Origin: Opitutales bacterium
GTDB lineage: Bacteria > Verrucomicrobiota > Verrucomicrobiia > Opitutales > UBA2987
DNA: 64,000 bases
Direction: 5' to 3'
Assembly: GCA_965226885.1 (NCBI GenBank)
Contig: CBDDEL010000011.1
Coordinates: forward strand, 32,001-96,000
Shown: in pieces, positions 9,986 to 21,143 of the stretch
Numbering within the stretch: the first letter of the stretch is position 1
Layout: each line of letters opens with the position of its first letter
Notes under the pieces: model-generated
The model's database searches: none
What the model was told of the DNA's origin: nothing
The model's input: only the letters and a program-made list of their open reading frames with translations
Translations under genes and position numbers: made by a program

Positions 9986-10064
9986 TGAAAGCAGAAAATT
10001 GGATCGAAATATTGGAAAGTAGCTATTTACAACGATTATGAATGTTCAAATGGGAAATCTCGGT
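9986..10064. repeat. Dispersed ~80-bp repeat, copy 1
   Basis: Aligns with 39874-39953; core GAAAGTAGCTATTTwCAACGATTATGAATGTTCAwATGGGAA. Confidence 0.85.
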
Positions 10065-10150
10065 CGGATGCCATATCCGTTCTGGAGAAGGTGGGTGGCA
10101 AATCTGTGACGAAACGTGCGGAAAGTCGGGTTGACATTTTTCGGGGTATG
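10065..10150 (-). pseudogene. Tyrosine recombinase (integron-integrase-like) box II relic
   Basis: KNVNP..TFRHRFATHLLQNGYGIR resembles HTFRHSFATHLLxxGYDIR. Confidence 0.6.
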
Positions 10151-10216
10151 TCCAGTGTGTACTTCATCACTTTTTAAGGATTCATGATCCTTGGTTACAG
10201 AACAGGTGGGTAATAA

Positions 10217-12439
<2,223 letters not shown>

Positions 12440-12694
12440 TCTCTGCGAGGTGCTCGTAACGGTCATCTCCAGGCGGCCATGGGCGAGGTAGTTGGACGAT
12501 AGGCGTTTAATTAATTCGCTTGCATAAAGGATAAAAGGATAAACAACAATTTATAATAGTTACTCTGGTTGTAGGCATAGATGATTTGAGTGAGTTATTT
12601 ATCCTTTTGTCAGGCTAGGCAATTCCGGGAAGTCTTTCATCTGCCAAAGCCCAGATTATTATATTTGAAGAAACATTCAAAAGGAGGAAAAATA

Positions 12695-13621
12695 ATGGCT
12701 ATTCAAATTGGAAAACCTGCCCCTGACTTCGAGGTAGACGCATGGATACGAGGCGCTCATGGGCCACGGAAGGTAGCTCTTTCCCAGCCCAGGGGAAAAT
12801 GGGTGGTTCTATTCTTCTACCCGCGAGACTTCACTTTTATCTGCCCAACCGAAATCGCAGCTTTTGGTGACTTGCAAGAAGACATTGAGCGTGAGGATGC
12901 CGTCGTCATTGGCGCGAGCACAGATAGCTTCTATACTCACAAAGCCTGGTTCGAGTCGGATCCTCGGCTCAAGGGGATAAATTATCCTGTCCTGGCGGAT
13001 ACATCCCAAAAAGTGTGCAGGGATTTCAATGTGTTATTAGATGACGGGGCAGCATTGCGGGGCACATTTATCATCGATCCCGAGGGCATCGTGCGACACA
13101 TCACCGTAAACGAACTTGATGTTGGCCGTAACGTTGACGAGACATTGCGGGTCCTTCAGGCATGGCGCATCGGTGAGCTTTGCCCGGTGGGATGGAAGCC
13201 CGGTCAATCAACCCTCACGAGCTATGACGAGTGGTTGGCCAAAGCCCTGCCTCGCCTATCTAAAGAGGTTTTGGTGAAGACAACGGAGGAGTTGCAGACC
13301 GTCACTTACTCTGCCGGTGAGACCGTGTTTGAGCAGGGCGCTGCCCCGGATCACTTTTATATTGTTGTGAGTGGGGAAGTCGAGGTGATCCGTCACAGTC
13401 CGAGCGGAGAGGTGAAGATTTTGGCGACTCTTCAAGCAGGTGACTTTTTCGGTGAGATTGGTTTGCTTACCGAAGCTCGACGAATGGCAACGGTGCGCGC
13501 CAAGACCGATCTTGAAGTGCTGTCCATGGATTGGGAAATGTTCAGGAAAGTGGTGCAAACCTCTGAGTCCACGGCAGCGGACTTTGCAGAAATCATGCGT
13601 GAAAGGTTGGCAAAAGCCTAA
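12695..13621 (+). CDS. 2-Cys peroxiredoxin (AhpC/Prx1) fused to a C-terminal cyclic-nucleotide-binding domain
   Basis: AGGAGG RBS before ATG 12695; FYPRDFTFICPTE and ELCPVGW; then FEQGAAPDHFYIVVSGEVEV..GDFFGEIGLL..RRMATVRA. Confidence 0.9.
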   Translation: MAIQIGKPAPDFEVDAWIRGAHGPRKVALSQPRGKWVVLFFYPRDFTFICPTEIAAFGDLQEDIEREDAVVIGASTDSFYTHKAWFESDPRLKGINYPVLADTSQKVCRDFNVLLDDGAALRGTFIIDPEGIVRHITVNELDVGRNVDETLRVLQAWRIGELCPVGWKPGQSTLTSYDEWLAKALPRLSKEVLVKTTEELQTVTYSAGETVFEQGAAPDHFYIVVSGEVEVIRHSPSGEVKILATLQAGDFFGEIGLLTEARRMATVRAKTDLEVLSMDWEMFRKVVQTSESTAADFAEIMRERLAKA

Positions 13622-13794
13622 CCAGGTACGCTGTATTTTCTCGTAATTCCTTGACAAGCAAATGTAGTGAAAGTAGGCAGTCAAGTTTTACTGAAATAGG
13701 CTGGACGATTTTCAGATTCTCACCGTGGGAAGAAAACTGGCTGTCTGTGCTTTTTTAAACCGTGAAAACCTGACCTGTAACCCAAGTGGAAAAA

Positions 13795-14409
13795 ATGAAA
13801 AAATTATACCTATTGCCGGTTGTGGCCACTCTTGTATTGTCATGTCATAAAATTCAAATGGCCTCTGTAAGTTCGGGCAGCGAGGCCCCGGACTTCACCC
13901 TTTTCGATACAAAAGGCGTTGAGCGTTCACTGTCCGATTTTAAGGGCAAGTATATAATCCTGGAATGGACGAACCATCAATGCCCTTTTGTCCGCAAGCA
14001 TTATGGAAGCGGGAACATGCAAAACCTGCAAAAATATTCTTTGCAGAAGGGTGCCGCTTGGTTGACCATACTTTCGTCGGCGCCGGGGTTGCAAGGCCAT
14101 GTTTCACCCGAGAAGGCCGATTCTCTGATGAAGGAGAGCGGAAGCCAGCCGACCACCTACCTGTTCGACACCGACGGGCGGGTGGGCAGGCTTTATGGAG
14201 CCAAGGCAACACCGCATATGTTTGTCATCAATCCGGCCGGGAAAGTTGTTTACCAAGGCGCCATCGACAGCATTCGCTCTTCCGATCCCGACGATATAGC
14301 GATTGCCAAAAATTATGTGCGTATCGCCTTCGCCGATGCTTTAGCGGGCAATCCAATCGAAGTGACCGATACTCAGCCTTATGGCTGCAGTATTAAATAT
14401 GCGAGGTAA
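13795..14409 (+). CDS. Secreted or lipoprotein AhpC/TSA-type redoxin (Prx-like)
   Basis: Signal peptide ending VLSC; APDFTL, EWTNHQCPFV, TPHMFVI, YQGAID, YGCSIKY. Confidence 0.85.
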   Translation: MKKLYLLPVVATLVLSCHKIQMASVSSGSEAPDFTLFDTKGVERSLSDFKGKYIILEWTNHQCPFVRKHYGSGNMQNLQKYSLQKGAAWLTILSSAPGLQGHVSPEKADSLMKESGSQPTTYLFDTDGRVGRLYGAKATPHMFVINPAGKVVYQGAIDSIRSSDPDDIAIAKNYVRIAFADALAGNPIEVTDTQPYGCSIKYAR

Positions 14410-14691
14410 TGGGCCGTTGGCGAATCGGACGAGTAATATAAATCAGGTTAAATCGATTCATCCTGATTAGCCGTCAGATTATCTACTGGCCGGCTGCTGG
14501 CCGGATCGACCAGAGCGTCGAAGATGAGGCGAATTTGCCCGATTCGAGCGCGAATGCGCACGATATCCAATTCGCCATTTTTATTTACCAGTATCCGCAA
14601 GTAGAGCGGTGGGTAGCGGTTGAACTTCTTCAAATGCAATCGCTTCAGTTCGGTGGTGTGCAAACGGTGCATTTCCACCAGTGAGGCTGTA

Positions 14692-15823
14692 ATACCAAAT
14701 CGCAAAAGGATTGATAAAGATTAAAAAACAGCTATAAAGGCGGAATGAGAAGATATATGGGAACCGATGAAGACCGTGAACGTATCAAGAAATTGCTCAA
14801 CAAAGAGGCTGTCGGCTGGCGTAAAGAGCGTTTGGTGGCATTAAAAATGGGCTTCCAGCCGCACCACAGCATTGATGAAATTGGAGCCATCGTGGGCCGA
14901 GGCAAAGCGACGATCCAGCGTTGGTTTGACAAATATCGTGCTGCAGGGCTCGGGGCGGTGCTTACACGCGCCTACAAAGGCGGGATCAAAAGCCGTTGCG
15001 ACAAAGAGGTGGAGGCCTTCTTGCTCAATGGTTTGAAGGTCGCGCGCTGGAACACAGCCGTTCAGGCGGGGCAAGAGCTGGAGCGACATTTCGGGCGCTC
15101 CTTCGCCTACAAGACGGTGTGGCGATGGCTAAAAAAATGCGCCGGGGTGCTTCGAGTCCCTCGCCCCGTGCATGAGAAACGGGACTCGGCAAAAGCGGAA
15201 GCGTTCAAGCGAGACTTTTTTAAGATCCTCCAGGAGCTTTCCCTCACCCGAGGCAATCGGGTTCGGGTGTGGTTTGCCGATGAAAGCCGTTTTGGTTTGC
15301 TTCCGGTGTACCGCCGGTGCTGGACGCAAAGAGGGCTTCGGCCGCACAAAAAATATCAGACAAGATACCAGTGGAGCTACTGTTACGGAGCCCTCGACGT
15401 GGTCAACGGCGAGATGGTATGCATCCAAACCCCTAGCACGAATCTACAGTGGACGGAGGCTTTCCTCCAACAGATCAAAAAGCAATATCCTGAGGAGGAA
15501 CATGTGGTTGTATGGGACGGGGCAGGCTTCCATCCGCACGACTCGGAGCACCCCAACGTCCCCCCGGGCATACATATCGTGAATTTGCCGCCGTATAGTC
15601 CTGAACTCAACCCGATTGAAAGACTTTGGGATATGATACAGGATCAAACGGCCAACAAACTGTGGCCGAGCATTGAGCGACTCGAAGAAGTCGTCGCAAC
15701 CCATCTCAAAGACTGGTGGGAGGACACTGAAAAAGTCCTCTCTTTAGTTGGCGGAGGCTGGCAGCACATTCAAGCAAACGCTTCTGCCAAATAACTTATT
15801 ATCATACCTAATGAGATTTGGTA
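14692..15823 (+). mobile_element. IS630-family element
   Basis: IR TACCAAATC/GATTTGGTA; TA(A) target duplication. Confidence 0.9.
14745..15794 (+). CDS. IS630-family transposase
   Basis: HTH plus WFADESRFG, VWDGAGFH, LPPYSPELNPIE. Confidence 0.93.
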   Translation: MRRYMGTDEDRERIKKLLNKEAVGWRKERLVALKMGFQPHHSIDEIGAIVGRGKATIQRWFDKYRAAGLGAVLTRAYKGGIKSRCDKEVEAFLLNGLKVARWNTAVQAGQELERHFGRSFAYKTVWRWLKKCAGVLRVPRPVHEKRDSAKAEAFKRDFFKILQELSLTRGNRVRVWFADESRFGLLPVYRRCWTQRGLRPHKKYQTRYQWSYCYGALDVVNGEMVCIQTPSTNLQWTEAFLQQIKKQYPEEEHVVVWDGAGFHPHDSEHPNVPPGIHIVNLPPYSPELNPIERLWDMIQDQTANKLWPSIERLEEVVATHLKDWWEDTEKVLSLVGGGWQHIQANASAK

Positions 15824-16237
15824 TAATAGTATCGGCGAATGCGGGATTGCTTAATCCGGCTTCGACCATCACCCTGCGGCACTGTAGGAAGTAGTAGAAA
15901 TAGGAGGAAATATTCAACATTTCGTTGTTATTGGTTAGCGGCCGGTAGAGTTTTTCATTATCCAATAGTTTAATCCTCGAATGATCATCGTTCAAAGTTG
16001 AGCAAATATCTTCCAGGCTGCAAAAATCCTTCTCCATAACCTTGTGAATATAGGCAATGTCCTGAGCGGTTAAGAGGTTCGCTCGATTTCTCTGGGCAGT
16101 AGTTGAATTGTCTGGATTCATGGCGGTCTCTCTCTATAGAAGAACGGGGAGAAAGTTGATTTCGCAGTCCTGTATTTATCGGTTCAAAAGTCCGGGATTT
16201 AAAGGAAACTTGCCGTTGAACTCGATGAATTATCTTA

Positions 16238-18056
16238 GAGGCTGTCCCAAAAGGGTGATTTTTGCGAGGGCTTTTGATAGGCGCTCATTTTAGAGGTATT
16301 TGCATTTGGGAGAGTATCAACTTTGCTCTCCTATGACGTTAGGATACTGGTTTTGGGGTCCGGTTGCCTGGTTTTCTTTGTATGAGCCGACAGTAAGGCT
16401 GTGAAAAAGTATTGTCCTTGCTTTTCCGCTCTCTAGGCCGCCGCTTTGGTTTTTAGTTCGTCTTGCTGGGCCAGCATCTTGGCTACTTTCCATAGGTTGT
16501 GCGAGAGTACCGACCAGGCTACGCTGATCGAGCGGTTGGCAAAGCCTTTGCTGCGCAACCGCCCGGCCTGCCAGCGATTCTTCAATACCCCGATCCGCCC
16601 TTCGGTGCTGGCCCGGCGCTTTTGCAATTGCCTGAACAGTGGTTCCTCCATCCGTTTTTTCAACTGCTTCGGATCGCGTGGACAGAGCGCGTCGTAGATT
16701 CCCTCCTGGGCTAACTGCCGGCGGGCCCGCTGGGAGGCAAATCCCCGGTCCGCGCACATGGCCGCTATGGGTTCTTCCAGGTTGAAGCGGTTCTGTCTTT
16801 GCAAACTCTCTTGCATTTGTTCATTTTCGCTTGGAGTTCGGCTGCCGTAGAGTTTCCAGTCCAGCAGGTACCCTTCAACGCTTTCTCCCAAAAACAGGGT
16901 GTTGCCGAACTCGACCTCTTGGCCCGCTTTACCTCGCACAATCACCTGCCCATCGAGTTCGTAAACACTCAAGACTTTCTCTGCGTTTTTCACCTGGCGG
17001 CCGCCAATGATCCGCTCGTGCGCCTGTTTGATGACCACCGGGATTTGCTCGCTCATGCGCTCCATCCGGGCGAGGATCTGTTGGACCTGTTTTTCGCTGT
17101 AATCGCTTTGCTCCCAGCAGGCTTGCAATAATTCCCGGTGACTGCGGGCATGCTCCCCGATCCGTTTGAACAGCTTTCTCATCTGCCTCAAGATACCCTT
17201 GCGCTGCCGCGCGCTGTCCTTTCGCCGCCGGCTGTGGGTCATCTGTATGCACAGCCGATTCATCTGCCGAGCCAAGGGCTCCGGTTCGATCGGCATGCGA
17301 TGGCGCAAACCGGCCTTCTCGCGGATCAGCCGGATCGCTTTGAGCAACGTGCCGGCTACATCCTTGAGTAATACCCAGTCCGTCGGCCAATGAATGTTAG
17401 CCTCCAAACAGGTGCCGTCGATCAGGCAAATGGTGGGGTCAATCGGCTTGTCCAATCTCACCTGCCGGGCCAGAAGGGCATCGCCCACCACCTCAGTCAA
17501 GGTCCGGTGCAAGGCCCTCAACTGCTCTTCGCTGAAAAACTTCGAGGCCCGCTCCAGGGTGCTTTTGGAGATGCCCCTGATGCCATCGATCTGCCGGACA
17601 CGGCAAAAGTCGGCCAACAGATCGCTGCTGCCCAGAGCCCGCGACAAATGCCGAAACGAAATCCCTCCGAGCAGACGGCCCAGCGTATCCATGCGCAGTG
17701 CCTTGATGGCAAAACTGGCCCGCTGCCGCCGGGCCTTTAGACCCATTGGCGGCCACCCCTCCAAGGCCAGCTCAATGGCCTGCGATTCCACCTCCGAGTC
17801 GATCAGCAGCCGATCGATTCGATCAATGGTGGCGCGGAAGTTATCGTAATCGAGGCACCGGTCGACCACAGTTAAAGCTGGACGCAGGAGGCATTGGATG
17901 GCTATATTTTTCATAGAAAGGGCTATATATTGATTTTCGCTAACTCAATTATAGAACCCTTTTTTGGCCGGATCGAGCAAAAACTTGCTCTTTCCGGCTC
18001 TTTTTATCAACGTCATCCAGTTGACTATAAAATCTTTATATTTTTGGGACAGCCTC
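16238..18056 (-). mobile_element. IS5/ISNCY-like element, copy 1
   Basis: IR GAGGCTGTCCCAAAA/TTTTGGGACAGCCTC; TSD TATCTTA. Confidence 0.9.
16433..17914 (-). CDS. IS5/ISNCY-like DDE transposase
   Basis: IDGTCLEANIHWPTD, KVLSVYE, RGKAGQEVEFG, ADRGF, RASTEGRIGVLK. Confidence 0.88.
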   Translation of the reverse strand: MKNIAIQCLLRPALTVVDRCLDYDNFRATIDRIDRLLIDSEVESQAIELALEGWPPMGLKARRQRASFAIKALRMDTLGRLLGGISFRHLSRALGSSDLLADFCRVRQIDGIRGISKSTLERASKFFSEEQLRALHRTLTEVVGDALLARQVRLDKPIDPTICLIDGTCLEANIHWPTDWVLLKDVAGTLLKAIRLIREKAGLRHRMPIEPEPLARQMNRLCIQMTHSRRRKDSARQRKGILRQMRKLFKRIGEHARSHRELLQACWEQSDYSEKQVQQILARMERMSEQIPVVIKQAHERIIGGRQVKNAEKVLSVYELDGQVIVRGKAGQEVEFGNTLFLGESVEGYLLDWKLYGSRTPSENEQMQESLQRQNRFNLEEPIAAMCADRGFASQRARRQLAQEGIYDALCPRDPKQLKKRMEEPLFRQLQKRRASTEGRIGVLKNRWQAGRLRSKGFANRSISVAWSVLSHNLWKVAKMLAQQDELKTKAAA

Positions 18057-18167
18057 TATCTTAAAACACTCCTGCCACGTTAGGGAGGTTGAAAGCTGAA
18101 ATCGGGCCGGAGAATGGGTTACCGCGCAAATGCCTGAACCGATTTTTTGGAAATTTTCGATCAACCG

Positions 18168-19223
18168 TCAAATACCGGAAAACCGTTGCAGGCTGACTTC
18201 TTTATCCAGTGCAGTTTCGCCCTTGAGGAAATCTGCCATTTGCCGGGCGAAAAACGGGGCTATGAGGGTGCCTTTTGATCCCAATCCATTAAAGATACCC
18301 AGTTGGGAATATTGCGGATGCATTCCCAGGACCGGCTTGTAATCCTTTATAATGGGGCGGATGCCGGCCCGGCGCCCGGTTACCTCGAAAGGCATTTTTA
18401 TAAAATTTTGCAATCCAGAAAGAATTTCAGCCTCACCGTCCGTAGTAGGAATTTTATCAATCGGGTCCCAGCAATAGGTTGAGCCTGCCCGAAATGTGTT
18501 TTGGCCCACAGGCAGGAGCCATTTTCCGGAATTGAGGATCTGCCGCAGCGGTTCAGCGAGATTCGTTTTTAAATCGAGAATTTCACCCTTGGCAGGCTTG
18601 AATGGAAGCCACTGAAACCAGGGATTGTTTTGCGAGCGGAAGCCCTCGCAGAAAATTACTTTGCCCGCTTGGCAATTTCTCCACCTGACGCCCGATTTTC
18701 CGATGGCCATGTCGCTGTATAAGAATTTTTCCCTCGAAAGACAGCCCTTGTTTTCAAGGTATTTACCAATGTCATCGACCAGGTGGCCCATTTCGAGGTG
18801 CCCGCTGCCGCCGGGAGAGAAGCTTCCGTAGGGGTCGATCAATATTTCGGGTTTCCAACCGGGTGGTCTCATGGCTCCCAGATAGCGGTTGGTGCCCGAA
18901 CCGCTTCGCTTTTGCATCCACAGTTGTCGTTCCTGATCACTCTTGAAAACGCGCACCAATTCCTTTTCGCGATAATAGACGTGGCCTAATTTTTGACCCA
19001 AAAGTCGGTAGGTATTTCTACAATCGGCCAATAATGGTTCGAGCCGCCAGCAGGGGGTCATGCGGGGACCCGTGACAGGGTTGACGATGCCAGCGCCGAC
19101 TTTGGTGGCCGATCCCGCTTGGTCTTCATCAACCACCAATATCGCGCAACCCGATTCCAATAAATTCCAGGCTAGGAGACTTCCGGCCAAACCTTGGCCG
19201 ACAATGAGAAAATCGATGGTCAT
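18168..19223 (-). CDS. FAD-dependent oxidoreductase (DAO/glycine oxidase family)
   Basis: IVGQGLAGS dinucleotide motif, AKGEIL, AGIRP, NGLGSKG. Confidence 0.85.
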   Translation of the reverse strand: MTIDFLIVGQGLAGSLLAWNLLESGCAILVVDEDQAGSATKVGAGIVNPVTGPRMTPCWRLEPLLADCRNTYRLLGQKLGHVYYREKELVRVFKSDQERQLWMQKRSGSGTNRYLGAMRPPGWKPEILIDPYGSFSPGGSGHLEMGHLVDDIGKYLENKGCLSREKFLYSDMAIGKSGVRWRNCQAGKVIFCEGFRSQNNPWFQWLPFKPAKGEILDLKTNLAEPLRQILNSGKWLLPVGQNTFRAGSTYCWDPIDKIPTTDGEAEILSGLQNFIKMPFEVTGRRAGIRPIIKDYKPVLGMHPQYSQLGIFNGLGSKGTLIAPFFARQMADFLKGETALDKEVSLQRFSGI

Positions 19224-19314
19224 TAATGGGTGAATGGTGTTGGAGCCACATTGGGCTTTCAAGCCGGTAATAGCAAAAAAGCAGAAATTGCCGCTTCGGT
19301 GCTTGCATTTCTTG

Positions 19315-19338
19315 AATTTTCAGAATATATTGAAAATT
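19315..19338. promoter_or_regulatory. Palindromic putative operator upstream of the GbsR-like gene
   Basis: AATTTTCA-N8-TGAAAATT perfect inverted repeat in the divergent intergenic region. Confidence 0.55.
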
Positions 19339-19389
19339 AGATAAATAGTCTAATTAATATTATACAAAAAGAGAGAATCGGCATCGAAA

Positions 19390-19927
19390 ATGACAGCGAC
19401 GGCAACTTTGAATAAAAGTGTTTTGGAAGAGGCCCGTGAAGATTTTATTGTCCAGTGGGGCGCTCTGGGCACGGCTTGGGGCATTAACCGCACTATGTAT
19501 GGCCCAGATCCATGCTTTTCTATTGATTTCGGCAGAACCGTTAAGCACGGATGATGTGATGGAACATCTCAAGATCAGCCGGGGCAATGCCAATACCAAC
19601 CTGCGGGAAATGGTTGGGTGGGGTTTGGCCCGAAGCGTTGTCAAGAGGGGAAATCGCAAAGAATATTTTGAGGCCGAAAAAGAAGTCTGGAAGATATTCT
19701 GCATCATTTCCAGAGAGCGCAAAAGGAGGGAAATTGAGCCAGCAATTACGGTTCTGAAAAATTGCCTGGAAAATACGAGAGGTTTGAATTCATCCGAAGC
19801 CAAATCATTCCACCGTCAAATGGCGGAGCTCAGTGAATTTGTCGGTTTGGCGAGCTCCATTTTAGAGAAAATTGCGACCTCCGAAGAGAATAAAATAATG
19901 CCCAAAGTGATCAGATTGTTCAGCTGA
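19390..19927 (+). pseudogene. GbsR/MarR-family regulator, frameshifted by a TATG duplication
   Basis: FIVQWGALGTAWGINRTM / AQIHAFLLIS..LKISRGNAN..RKEYFEAEK; TATGTATG at 19494-19501. Confidence 0.85.
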
Positions 19928-20193
19928 TGGAAAAATTACTCCAGCCGCTACTTTCCTCCTATCAAAGACTGAGACTGAGGCGAGATACTCGAGGGTTCAG
20001 CCATGCACTCAACAGGGGGATTTTGGGCACTTCGCGCAAGAAAAACCTGGTTTACAAAATGCTTGACCGCAAGCTAATGCGTTCCCGGAGAACGGTCACC
20101 CACCTATTCGGGCCAACACAGATAAATAATCGTTCCGGTCCCACGGTTCTTATTAAAAAAGCCCTCCAAAAGCTGCTGAATCTGCGCAGGTAA
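19927..20193 (+). CDS. Small basic hypothetical protein
   Basis: Start overlaps the regulator stop codon (TGATG coupling); no recognised motif. Confidence 0.35.
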   Translation: MEKLLQPLLSSYQRLRLRRDTRGFSHALNRGILGTSRKKNLVYKMLDRKLMRSRRTVTHLFGPTQINNRSGPTVLIKKALQKLLNLRR

Positions 20194-20336
20194 AATGATG
20201 GGGATGCCGGTGCAGGATTTTCGAGTCCTGGCACCTGATTTCTTTTTTCCTTTTAGCTTTGGATTGCCATTGAACATTTTCCCATCATGGGCGCTCTTAT
20301 TATTAATGGTAGTATTTGAGCACAGGTTCGAAAGTG

Positions 20337-21138
20337 GGTAGTGTATAAAAAAAGAATGTTATTTTGTATTTTTAGCTGTACAAATAGCGTTAGGTAGTTT
20401 ATTCTTAGTGCATGGTTACTAAAATTATTAATTGTCGGCACTGTGGAAGTGAAAATATCATTAAATTTGGCAAGACGCCCAACCATAAACAGCGCTACCG
20501 CTGCCATGATTGTGGTAAACAAAGCCGCGAAAACCCCACAGTGAAATACACCGAAGAGCAAAAAGAAATGATCCTGCGAGTCTATCAGGAACGCAGCAGT
20601 CTACGCGGTTTACAGCGCGCCTTCGGGGTGAGTCCCAACACCGTTTTGAGTTGGTTAAAAAAAACGACAATCGCTGCGACCGCTCAAAAGCACGATTCTT
20701 GCGGCCCGCCGCCATGATGTCATTGAACTGGACGAACTGTGGTCTTTTGTGGGGCGCAAGAGCGATGCCCAATGGGTTTGGATCGCTCTTTGCCGACGCA
20801 CCCGTCAAATCCTCTCCTATGCCATTGGGCCTCGGGATTGGTATCGTTGCCGGGAACTTTACGAGCGTCTGCCACGGGCCTACAAAAGATGTGCCACCTA
20901 CAGCGACTTTTGGAGCACTTATGATGAAGTCTTTCCTCATAACCGATCCGTGGGAAAAGAAACCGGTGAAACGGCCCATGTGGAACGATGGAACAATACC
21001 CTGCGCCAACGACTGGGTCGTTTCACACGCAAAACCCTCTCCTTTTCCAAGCTTAAGAGTATGCATGAAACCTGTCTGATACTTTTCATTCATCAATATA
21101 ATCAAGAATTAGCCACCATTCCTACTTAATACACTACC
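20337..21138 (+). mobile_element. IS1-family element, copy 3
   Basis: IRs as other copies; 8-bp TSD CGAAAGTG. Confidence 0.93.
20412..21129 (+). CDS. IS1 transposase InsA/InsB (programmed frameshift)
   Basis: Near-identical to copy 2. Confidence 0.88.
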
Positions 21139-21143
21139 CGAAA

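Larger units (their letters stand above)
14448..16121 (-). pseudogene. Conserved hypothetical protein split by IS630
   Basis: ..NPAFADTI (above 15824) and TASLVEMH.. (below 14691) join in frame after IS removal. Confidence 0.7.

Noticed and set aside
12450..12500. attC-like site after katG (TCGTAAC..GTTGGAC)
   Set aside because: Too short and the arms are poorly complementary
12590..12694. Longer N-terminus for the peroxiredoxin fusion
   Set aside because: The AGGAGG RBS and the AhpC homology start point to ATG 12695
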